38,743 nucleotides of DNA. It comes from a virus. Lineage: Duplodnaviria; Caudoviricetes. Shown one piece after another: positions 1 through 6,741 of this stretch (within the stretch, counting starts at the first letter, position 1; each line of letters begins with the position of its first letter). The stretch is from positions 1 to 38,743 of IMG/VR virus record IMGVR_UViG_3300023053_000014; one strand, given 5' to 3'. A program made the translations under genes and the position numbers. The notes beneath the pieces are model-generated. The model was not told where the DNA came from and did not search any database. It saw nothing but the letters and a program-made list of their open reading frames with translations.

Positions 1-38
1 CCCCGCCTGCAACAATGTGCGCCTGAGCTTGCAGGCTC

Positions 39-125
39 GCGAAAGTGGCGGAATTGGTAGACGCCCTGGATTTAGGTTCCAGTGACTGAGAGGTCGTAGG
101 GGTTCGAGTCCCCTCTTTCGCACCA
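39..125 (+). tRNA. tRNA-Leu(TAG), probable prophage integration site
   Basis: Acceptor stem GCGAAAG/CTTTCGC plus ACCA end, D-loop GGAATTGGTAGAC, anticodon loop TTTAGGT, long variable arm, T-loop GTTCGAGTC. Confidence 0.96.
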
Positions 126-185
126 ATTGGCCGTGCCCTGATCGCCCTAAGCTATTGAAAAATAAGCTGGCGACGGTCAGTAGTG

Positions 186-1430
186 CTATTGGATTCCCGC
201 TTTGGCAATTGATCCCTGTCTCGGAACGTCACCTCCCGCGTTCGAGGCGGCGGGGAGGCGGAACTGCTCCAGCGCGGACATCCCTTGAAGCGATTGTTCG
301 GCGAGGACCTTGGCGTAAACCGAGGAGGTGGTCTGGATGTCGCGGTGGCCCAGCCACTCCTGCACCAGCTTGATGTTGCCGGTTGCAAGCAGCAGGCGGG
401 TCGCGCAGGAGTGGCGGAGCGCGTGAGGCACGCACTCCTTCTCGTTAGCGAGATGTGTCCCCTTGATGGCCCATTGCCACATGCGGGTCGCCCTGGTCCG
501 ATTGAGCATCGAGAAAGGACCTTCCGAGGTGGTGCCGTGGGCCTCCCTACGACGCCGCAGGACCTCCGCCACACGGGCGGTGCAGGGTAGGGTGCGTGGT
601 CGCCCCTTCTTGAGCGTCTCGTGCCGCCAGAAGCGCACATGGAGGCGGCCGCCTTGCTCCACTACCTCGGACCAGCGGATGCCGATGGCTTGGCTCATGC
701 GACAGCCCAAGTCAGCCAGGCAGATGAAGAGGTCGCGGTAGTCAGCACCGTCGCGCACCCGAGGGTGTCCCCCGGCCGGTCCGTTCGGGAGGGTGTCCCA
801 ATCCAGCAGCCGCCGCAGGATCATTTCCTCGTCGTCCACTGTGAGAACGAAGGTGCGTGCGTTGTCGCGCTCGTCGGCCAGCCGGTACTCAGGCACCTCG
901 CCCACGTAACGCCCGGCCTTCCGCTCGCGTTTCAGTACCGCGAGGAGGCACTGCATCTTGCGGTTGACGGTGGCGGGGGCCGCGCCCTCCTCGCGCATCC
1001 GCTTCGCCATGTTGTTCACGGCGGCCTGATCAATGGCGTTGACCGGCTGATCCGCGCCGAGATACGTCTGGACCACTTTGCAGTTGATCTTGATGGTGTC
1101 CAAGGAGCGCTTGCCGCCCCAATGGTTCGGGTCGGCCAGGGCCTCATCCATCGCGGCCTTGAGAGTGCGCGCTCGGGCATTGGCCTTTGCCACCGCGAGC
1201 TGCGCGGAGCGCGTCTTGCCTCGGATGAGTTCGCGCAGGGCGTCCTCGGGAATCTCAGGGTCATCGCGCAGGGCGTCGAGGACCGCCTGCTCCTTGCGCT
1301 CGGCGGCTACGCGGTCGCGGGTGCCGGTGGACAGGCGCACGCGCCGGTATCCGTCCTGCACGTCGAGCATGTAGTAGCGCTTATCGGGCGCGCCATGCTT
1401 GGGCGCTGTCCCTTTGAGGCGAAGGGCCAT
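186..1430 (-). CDS. int: Tyrosine recombinase / phage integrase
   Basis: Catalytic motifs LGCRMSQA (R), HALRH (HxxR), WLGH, VY; SD GGAG upstream; adjacent to tRNA. Confidence 0.95.
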   Translation of the reverse strand: MALRLKGTAPKHGAPDKRYYMLDVQDGYRRVRLSTGTRDRVAAERKEQAVLDALRDDPEIPEDALRELIRGKTRSAQLAVAKANARARTLKAAMDEALADPNHWGGKRSLDTIKINCKVVQTYLGADQPVNAIDQAAVNNMAKRMREEGAAPATVNRKMQCLLAVLKRERKAGRYVGEVPEYRLADERDNARTFVLTVDDEEMILRRLLDWDTLPNGPAGGHPRVRDGADYRDLFICLADLGCRMSQAIGIRWSEVVEQGGRLHVRFWRHETLKKGRPRTLPCTARVAEVLRRRREAHGTTSEGPFSMLNRTRATRMWQWAIKGTHLANEKECVPHALRHSCATRLLLATGNIKLVQEWLGHRDIQTTSSVYAKVLAEQSLQGMSALEQFRLPAASNAGGDVPRQGSIAKAGIQ

Positions 1431-1443
1431 TTTGGGTCTCCAG

Positions 1444-1472
1444 AAAAAGAAAAAGCCCGCACTAGGCGGGCC
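1444..1472 (-). terminator. Intrinsic terminator-like hairpin directly upstream of the integrase RBS
   Basis: Minus strand GCCCGC-CTAGT-GCGGGC followed by TTTTTCTTTTT. Confidence 0.8.
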
Positions 1473-1494
1473 TCGGGTAACGCTGTGTTGTTCT

Positions 1495-1866
1495 TTATGC
1501 GGCGAACTTCGCCGCCATCTTCCTGCTGACTCGTTCGGCCAGCGCGGACAGCCAATGAAGTGCCTTGGCGGTCGGGAAGATCAGGTTGCGTTTGCGATAG
1601 GCAGGGTCGGAGCGCTGTTCGAGGAAATCCGGACCGGGTTCCCGATTGCGCTTGATCTGCGAGAGGTCGAGAACGTTTCGGCTTACGGCAGATGGAGAGA
1701 GGCCCCCAAGCACCTTCTCCAAATCCACCTGCTGAATACCAGGCTCATCCACAACGGCGAGCAAGGTGAGGATGCGGGTAGCAGTAATGTCCTCGTCGAT
1801 CTCCTCTCGAAATGCTGACAATGCCGTGGTCAGGATGACCGTCAGTTCTTTCTGCGAGAGATTCAT
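1495..1866 (-). CDS. MarR-like winged-HTH regulator, putative prophage repressor
   Basis: PGIQQVDLEKVLGGLSPSAVSRNVLDL HTH and DPAYRKRNLIFPT wing resemble MarR; lies immediately upstream of the integrase. Confidence 0.8.
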   Translation of the reverse strand: MNLSQKELTVILTTALSAFREEIDEDITATRILTLLAVVDEPGIQQVDLEKVLGGLSPSAVSRNVLDLSQIKRNREPGPDFLEQRSDPAYRKRNLIFPTAKALHWLSALAERVSRKMAAKFAA

Positions 1867-1910
1867 GGCTTCTCATTTTCCTTGTGGGGATGGTTCCCCC
1901 GAGGGAGCCA

Positions 1911-2057
1911 TCAGGTTCTATCTTGGCAACGCAACGTAAAGATTACAAGCCCGAGGCCGATATTGGTGGCGTTTTTGCCGATTTTGTCGATCCAGAACCC
2001 CCGTTGCCAGGGGGAGGGATGGAAGTCGAAGTCAATTTCATATCCAAAGAATTTCAC
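1911..2057 (-). CDS. 48-aa hypothetical protein (MKFFGYEIDFDFHPSPWQRGFWIDKIGKNATNIGLGLVIFTLRCQDRT)
   Basis: Manual translation, GTG start, protein-like composition, upstream of the repressor; absent from the ORF track. Confidence 0.5.
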   Translation of the reverse strand: MKFFGYEIDFDFHPSPWQRGFWIDKIGKNATNIGLGLVIFTLRCQDRT

Positions 2058-2168
2058 GTACTTGTCCAGGCACTACTTCCACCCGTCAGGAGCCATCCAA
2101 GCCCCCGCGCGCAGCTCCGCAAAACACAGCCCGTCCCCGGCTGCGCTCTTAAAAAAACCATCGTTTAC

Positions 2169-2297
2169 TCAATGACTTACTGCGGGCAGGACAAGCATCA
2201 GCCCCAAGGTCACGAAAGCCCCAACCACCGCGACCAAGAACAGCGCCTGCCCGGTACGCACCAGGCCATGAGCCATTCTCTTTCTCCAGTCTCTCAT
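2169..2297 (-). CDS. 42-aa single-TM membrane microprotein
   Basis: MRDWRKRMAHGLVRTGQALFLVAVVGAFVTLGLMLVLPAVSH; ATGA overlap with the upstream ORF. Confidence 0.6.
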   Translation of the reverse strand: MRDWRKRMAHGLVRTGQALFLVAVVGAFVTLGLMLVLPAVSH

Positions 2298-2449
2298 GGG
2301 CTGAGATCGCCTTCCGAGTCGTCCTCGGTGAAGCTCGCCGCCAGGCAGCACCGCCCGTCCGCGGTCGTCCAGCCCCAAAGCAGGGCGCGGCCGCAATAGT
2401 CTAGTACCACAGGCGAGATTGATCCCGACTCGGAGAATGAATTATTCAT
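2294..2449 (-). CDS. 51-aa hypothetical protein
   Basis: MNNSFSESGSISPVVLDYCGRALLWGWTTADGRCCLAASFTEDDSEGDLSP; overlaps both neighbours (ATGAATAA, ATGA). Confidence 0.5.
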   Translation of the reverse strand: MNNSFSESGSISPVVLDYCGRALLWGWTTADGRCCLAASFTEDDSEGDLSP

Positions 2450-2621
2450 GGTCTGGAGGGGTCTGTGAATTGACAGGGGCGTCCTTGGGGACGGGGTAGG
2501 TGAGCGCCCATCCGGTTGCCTCGGGGGCCATCGTGAACTGCACCCCGTTCCGCATCAGGCCGAGCATTGCCCGGATGGCGGCGCGGCGCTCCTCATGGGT
2601 GAAACGAATGGTCCGCATCAT
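2442..2621 (-). CDS. 59-aa hypothetical protein
   Basis: MMRTIRFTHEERRAAIRAMLGLMRNGVQFTMAPEATGWALTYP...; GAGG SD, ATGA overlap. Confidence 0.6.
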   Translation of the reverse strand: MMRTIRFTHEERRAAIRAMLGLMRNGVQFTMAPEATGWALTYPVPKDAPVNSQTPPDHE

Positions 2622-2737
2622 TGGCGAACCTCGTCAGGCTCGGGTTCCAGGACAGCGGCGACCACCTCCTCCTCGATCACCAGGAAGGGGCCGATCTGGT
2701 AGGCGCGGACGGAGAGGTTGACGATGATGATTTCCAT
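2618..2737 (-). CDS. 39-aa hypothetical protein
   Basis: MEIIIVNLSVRAYQIGPFLVIEEEVVAAVLEPEPDEVRQ; AGGA SD, coupled to the next ORF. Confidence 0.55.
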   Translation of the reverse strand: MEIIIVNLSVRAYQIGPFLVIEEEVVAAVLEPEPDEVRQ

Positions 2738-2748
2738 GGGATTCCTGT

Positions 2749-2778
2749 TTGGGAAATGGCGTGGCCGCCCGCTAAGAT
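2749..2778 (+). promoter_or_regulatory. Possible sigma70 promoter for the antisense gene at 2806
   Basis: TTGGGA-18 bp-TAAGAT. Confidence 0.35.
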
Positions 2779-2805
2779 CAGCAGGACCTCAAGCGGAGCG
2801 GGAAG

Positions 2806-3162
2806 ATGGAACTAAAGGACTTCATTGCGGGCACGTTGGTGCAGATCGTGGAGGGGGTACACGCAGCGCAGGCCCAGGTCGAAGCGCTGGGCGGCAACGT
2901 GAATCCCTACGAGCAGTACAAAAGCGAGTACGGACAGAGCCTTACTCGCGGGGCAACCCAAAGCGTGGGCTTTGACGTAGCAATTACCGCCGAGGAGAAC
3001 ACGGCCAGTAAGGAGGGCATCGGCGTGGTAGTGGCGGCCATCGCCTTGGGAAAGCGGAACGAAAAGTCAGACAGCGCATCGAGCGTCAGTCGTGTCCAGT
3101 TCACCGTCCCCCTTGCTCTGCCGGACGGGAAGAACCTCTACAAGTCCCGCCCCGCGGATTGA
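2806..3162 (+). CDS. Trypco2-like (trypsin-co-occurring domain 2) protein, antisense moron
   Basis: MELKDFIAGTLVQIVEGV...VGFDVAITAEE...GIGVVVAAIALG...SSVSRVQFTVPLALP matches the pattern of this family as I recall it; SD GGAG; opposite strand to the phage. Confidence 0.7.
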   Translation: MELKDFIAGTLVQIVEGVHAAQAQVEALGGNVNPYEQYKSEYGQSLTRGATQSVGFDVAITAEENTASKEGIGVVVAAIALGKRNEKSDSASSVSRVQFTVPLALPDGKNLYKSRPAD

Positions 3163-3179
3163 CCGCGCGGCGAGGGCGC

Positions 3180-3776
3180 TCAACGGTTCCAGAAGTAGAA
3201 GCCCGAGGTCTCGTAGGCGTCGCCGCCCAGCCGCAGGTCGCGGCCGTAGCTTTCGTAGTCGAAGTACCGCGCCAGCTCGGCGGGCACGTCCTGCAGCACG
3301 CCCTGCTCGTCGATCAGGCTTTCGGCGAAGTCGGCCCAGGAATCGAACTTGCCCGCGTAGGCCTCCCGGAAGGATTCGAGGTCAACGTGGTCGCCCTCGT
3401 TGCTGCGGTAGGCAATGAACGCCTCCCGCTCGTCTTCCTCCAGCTCGTCCAGCGCCTCGACGAATTCGCACAGCTTGTCGAGGTCGGGATGCTCGCCCCA
3501 CTCGCCAGGCACGTCGTCATAGTCGTGGATGGCCCACTCCTCGGCGCTAGGCACCTTGCACTTCCCGTCGCAGACAACGCAGCGCTGGCCGCCGCCGTGG
3601 GTGAGGCCGCCGCCGCATTCCGGGCAGTCCACCTCGACATTCGGGTGCGGCGACTCCCGCAAGATGCGTGCGATCTCGTCCCGGACGTCTTCCGCGTCCA
3701 TGCCGACGATGTCGAGCCACTCGCCGTGCATGACGCCCGCGTTGTAAGAGGCCAGACAGGCCACGTAGATTTGCAT
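3180..3776 (-). CDS. ardA: Antirestriction protein ArdA (DNA mimic) with a Cys-rich insertion
   Basis: IYVACLASYNAGVMHGEW, EEWAIHDYD, YFDYESYGRDL motifs; highly acidic; start taken at MQIYV after GGAG SD. Confidence 0.9.
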   Translation of the reverse strand: MQIYVACLASYNAGVMHGEWLDIVGMDAEDVRDEIARILRESPHPNVEVDCPECGGGLTHGGGQRCVVCDGKCKVPSAEEWAIHDYDDVPGEWGEHPDLDKLCEFVEALDELEEDEREAFIAYRSNEGDHVDLESFREAYAGKFDSWADFAESLIDEQGVLQDVPAELARYFDYESYGRDLRLGGDAYETSGFYFWNR

Positions 3777-3792
3777 GGGATGCTCCAGGCAT

Positions 3793-3817
3793 GAAAAAGC
3801 CCGCACTAGGCGGGCTT
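3793..3817 (-). terminator. Terminator-like hairpin directly upstream of the ardA RBS
   Basis: 23 nt identical to 1449-1471 (GCCCGCCTAGTGCGGGCTTTTTC on minus). Confidence 0.75.
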
Positions 3818-3839
3818 CAAGTAATAGGGGGTAGGGCGG

Positions 3840-4103
3840 TCAGTGCGCCCAATCGGGCTTGACGTTCAGGAGGTAGGCGGCGGCCACTGCGCGGGCGGAC
3901 TCTTCGTCGGCCACGTCGGCGATCCACCACCACCGGTCCTTCCCGGCCCAGCGGTAGACGCCCCAATATTGCGCAGCGCATGGCGCGCACGGCTCAACGC
4001 TTCCCTCAAACTCTTGGCGCGGCCCGTAGGAGACCGATCGGTCACCGATGGTCACCAGCTTGTCTCCGGCCGGGAGGGCCAGGTCGTTCTCTTCGTTGCT
4101 CAT
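3840..4103 (-). CDS. Early hypothetical protein, 87 aa
   Basis: GGAG SD, in operon. Confidence 0.7.
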   Translation of the reverse strand: MSNEENDLALPAGDKLVTIGDRSVSYGPRQEFEGSVEPCAPCAAQYWGVYRWAGKDRWWWIADVADEESARAVAAAYLLNVKPDWAH

Positions 4104-4120
4104 GTCGAACTCCGGACAGC

Positions 4121-4143
4121 AAAAAGCCGCCTTTCGGCGGCTT
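4121..4143 (-). terminator. Terminator-like hairpin
   Basis: Minus strand AAGCCGCC-GAAA-GGCGGCTTTTT. Confidence 0.75.
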
Positions 4144-4165
4144 CGTGTGTGCCCCGCTGGGGGCC

Positions 4166-4318
4166 TCAGAAGAAGTATTTGGCGAGACCGATGGCCGCGG
4201 CGAAGATGCCGGAACAGACCAGCATCGGATACCAGCGCGCCTCGGCGTTGATCTTGGCCGTTTCGGCGATCAGCTTGGCGATTTCGGCGTCCGTCTTGCG
4301 GGCGAGACTGGCGTCCAT
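4166..4318 (-). CDS. 50-aa small protein with coiled coil and C-terminal TM segment
   Basis: MDASLARKTDAEIAKLIAETAKINAEARWYPMLVCSGIFAAAIGLAKYFF; GAGG SD; manual translation. Confidence 0.65.
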   Translation of the reverse strand: MDASLARKTDAEIAKLIAETAKINAEARWYPMLVCSGIFAAAIGLAKYFF

Positions 4319-4335
4319 GTGGGAACCTCGGCGAC

Positions 4336-4518
4336 TCATGGGGTCTCCTCCGAGTCTACCGCGTTCTCCCGTGCGTTGAACGCATCGGCCGCGTCGGCCA
4401 TCCGTCCCAGCTCCTCAAGCGCCAAGCGGCGACCTTCGCCCGTCCCGCGCTCAACCGCAGCGAGCAACATGGGGAGGACGCCGCGCCAAGTCGGTGTAAG
4501 GATGATGGTTCCGTTCAT
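4336..4518 (-). CDS. 60-aa early hypothetical protein
   Basis: MNGTIILTPTWRGVLPMLL...; GGAG SD, ATGA overlap. Confidence 0.65.
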   Translation of the reverse strand: MNGTIILTPTWRGVLPMLLAAVERGTGEGRRLALEELGRMADAADAFNARENAVDSEETP

Positions 4519-4652
4519 GCAGCGGCTCCAGTGAAGGGAGAGAAGGTGAGGCGGGCGGCCACAAGCGCGCCCAGCGTCGGGAAGAAGCCCACCACGCTGC
4601 CGTTGCAGCGGAGTAGCCAGCGGCCGCGCTCGCGGCGACAAGTGAAGGTCAT
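4515..4652 (-). CDS. 45-aa early hypothetical protein
   Basis: MTFTCRRERGRWLLRCNGSVVGFFPTLGALVAARLTFSPFTGAAA; ATGA overlaps on both sides. Confidence 0.55.
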   Translation of the reverse strand: MTFTCRRERGRWLLRCNGSVVGFFPTLGALVAARLTFSPFTGAAA

Positions 4653-5071
4653 GCGACGCGCTCCAGTTCGGCGGTGATCCACTCGCGGGCGATGGCCTCG
4701 GCGGTGGCGAGTTCGGGATCGGCCTCATCGGCCAGTCGTGCCCCCAGCGGCTCGGCGATCTCGTAGCCGAATACACCGGGGAAGCCGTCCGGCTTGCACA
4801 GTTCATCGAACAGCCGGTGCAGCATCCGGGCGACGTCGGTCAGGAACTCCCCGACCTCGATAGTCACCGGCACGCTCGCGCTGTGCCACCCGGCTCCCAG
4901 CAATGCCAGGTCGATTGGATCGAAGTCGGTGCCCTTGATGGCGCGGTTGACGTCCTCGGCGAAACGCTCGGCCTGCTGCGGCGTCATGGCGGTGGCGGCC
5001 AGCTCCTCGTGGTAGTGGCCGTCGCGGTGGAGGAAGACGTTACGGGTGCCGTAGGTGCGCAGCTCAGTCAT
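4649..5071 (-). CDS. Early hypothetical protein, about 140 aa
   Basis: GGAGG SD before MTELRTYG; coupled to neighbours. Confidence 0.7.
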   Translation of the reverse strand: MTELRTYGTRNVFLHRDGHYHEELAATAMTPQQAERFAEDVNRAIKGTDFDPIDLALLGAGWHSASVPVTIEVGEFLTDVARMLHRLFDELCKPDGFPGVFGYEIAEPLGARLADEADPELATAEAIAREWITAELERVA

Positions 5072-5339
5072 GGGCAACCTCCACGAAGAGGAAGGCGGCG
5101 ATGGCGAACTCCTGCGCGCTCATCCAGTCCAGCACCGAGCGCGGCACGTCGATGTAGCTCCCGTCCCCCGTCCCGATCTCCTCGGTGTCCAGGGCGCAGT
5201 AGAAGGTCGCCGAAGAGTCGGCGGGGCCGTACAGCATTGCCGGGGTGCCTGCTCCGGGGTCATCCGGGAACACCTCGCGGCGGTCCAGCTCGATCCGCCA
5301 TATCGGCGCATGGGGGCAGGTCAGGGTCTTGGTATCCAT
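5064..5339 (-). CDS. Early hypothetical protein, 91 aa
   Basis: AGGAG SD, in operon. Confidence 0.7.
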   Translation of the reverse strand: MDTKTLTCPHAPIWRIELDRREVFPDDPGAGTPAMLYGPADSSATFYCALDTEEIGTGDGSYIDVPRSVLDWMSAQEFAIAAFLFVEVAHD

Positions 5340-5354
5340 GTTGGGTAGCTCCTG

Positions 5355-5471
5355 TCAGGCGATGAGTACGTGGGACTTGCGGGTGCGGCAGAAGGAGAAG
5401 ACGTAGGCGCGTCCCAGCACGAAGACGCGGAGGAACGTGATGCCACCTACGGTTTGCTTTCGGATGCTCAT
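5355..5471 (-). CDS. 38-aa basic microprotein
   Basis: MSIRKQTVGGITFLRVFVLGRAYVFSFCRTRKSHVLIA with GGAGG SD; manual translation. Confidence 0.6.
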   Translation of the reverse strand: MSIRKQTVGGITFLRVFVLGRAYVFSFCRTRKSHVLIA

Positions 5472-5485
5472 GTGACCTCCGGGGA

Positions 5486-5647
5486 TCAATTGCGATGCGG
5501 GGATGCAACAGGCGCAGCTTTGGTGTCGCGGTCGGGGGCCTTGCGCTCCAGGTCATTCAGTCGCGCCCGGTGTTCCCGGATTGCCTTGCGGATGCAGCCC
5601 GCCACGAAGAAGTCGCGGGCGGTCATGCTGTAGTCGATGTGTTCCAT
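5486..5647 (-). CDS. First early gene, 53-aa hypothetical protein
   Basis: MEHIDYSMTARDFFVAGCIRKAIREH...; GAGAG SD just after the long hairpin. Confidence 0.6.
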   Translation of the reverse strand: MEHIDYSMTARDFFVAGCIRKAIREHRARLNDLERKAPDRDTKAAPVASPHRN

Positions 5648-5654
5648 CGTGGTT

Positions 5655-6198
5655 CTCTCAGTGAATCCGACCACCAAAAGCCCCAATCACCTAGGGCCTT
5701 TGGCGGTCAGACTCCACACGGTGTGTGTGTCGTCTAACCGTCGCCAGCTTCCGGGGTTTCTGTATGACTCGCCTCATGCGGGCCTAGGGGATCGCGTTGG
5801 GGCCTTGCGCCCCAGCTCGGGAGGAGTCGTTCAGTCCTCCCCGCTATCCCTAGGTTCCGCCGTCGTCGGCCAGTCCCCCGGTAACTCCCCACTCCTAGGT
5901 AGGGGACAACCTTCGCCAGTAACAGGCGTGTTCGCAGTAGGCGCTTTCCAGCACTCCACGGCCTGCGGGTCTCGGCACCATGCCGATCTGCAATCACCAC
6001 CGGGGCAACCGGCGGGCGGCGTCCATGCCGCTTCGTTCCATCCCTGCCTGTCCAGTGATCCCCCGAAGGGGATGGACCGGGTAAACCTCTTGCCTAGCCT
6101 CGGACGCCTTTCGGTAGGTCCTCGGCGCTCCAGCGTTATCCCTATTGGCTCTATGGCGACCTATCCGTGTCGCGGCCAGCGGTGGAGCGTTTCAGCGT
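5655..6198 (-). ncRNA. Candidate large structured non-coding RNA / early leader (~540 nt)
   Basis: No credible ORF. More than 10 stems, C(UUCG)G and GNRA loops, tandem G-A pairs and G-U pairs that work in the minus orientation. Starts just after a near-consensus sigma70 promoter. Confidence 0.7.
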
Positions 6199-6204
6199 GG
6201 GGCT

Positions 6205-6233
6205 ATCCTAGCCCGTCCTTCCCGGTTTGTCAA
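6205..6233 (-). promoter_or_regulatory. Early sigma70 promoter P2
   Basis: TTGACA-17 bp-TAGGAT on minus strand. Confidence 0.85.
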
Positions 6234-6293
6234 TCCCTCCCCGTAGTGGGATGGTCCGACTTGCCGAATCGCGTTGTTGCTGCGATGGGGACT

Positions 6294-6323
6294 AGATTAG
6301 ATCAATCCCGGATGCGGTGTCAA
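6294..6323 (-). promoter_or_regulatory. Early sigma70 promoter P1
   Basis: TTGACA-18 bp-TAATCT on minus strand; shares the GGGATTGACA context with P2. Confidence 0.75.
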
Positions 6324-6427
6324 TCCCCTTTCGGCAAGAATTTGCGAGAGGGCATCAATCGGCCTGTATAGGGCAACACGCGCGTGCGTAGGGCAGGCGG
6401 TAGGTGTGTCCGTCGTGGGCGTAGGGC

Positions 6428-6484
6428 GGGCCGTGGTGGGGCCGTGGTGGGCGTGGGTGGGGCGATGGTGTGCCGTGGTGTGCC
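6428..6484. repeat. Degenerate tandem array of about five 10-11-mers (GGGCCGTGGTG-like)
   Basis: gggccgtggtg gggccgtggtg ggcgtgggtg gggcgatggtg tgccgtggtg. Confidence 0.65.
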
Positions 6485-6670
6485 CAGGGCGAAACGCGGA
6501 CACGGTGGGGCCAGGTATCGGCGAATCAAAAAGACAGATAGGGACAGACAGACGCGGATGGATTGCAGGGCGTGGCGGCGTTGGATGGCGGCCGATACCC
6601 TAGGTACTGGATACGTGATCCAGTGGTTTGCCTTTGCAATCAATGGGTTAGCGCGGGTGGTGACAGCACA

Positions 6671-6741
6671 GGTGACGCGCGCGTTCTATCCGGGGTGCCG
6701 CTGGAGGGCTTGGGGGGCTACGGGGGGTGACGCGCGCGTTC
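6671..6741. repeat. 16-bp direct repeat GGTGACGCGCGCGTTC flanking a G-run, in the putative genome-terminus region
   Basis: Exact copies at 6671-6686 and 6726-6741. Confidence 0.7.

Noticed and set aside
5637-6371. 244-aa plus-strand ORF and 88-aa minus-strand ORF (5734-6000) over the structured region
   Set aside because: No SD, S/P/G/R-biased composition, and the long one runs antisense across both promoters; better explained as chance ORFs in GC-rich structured sequence
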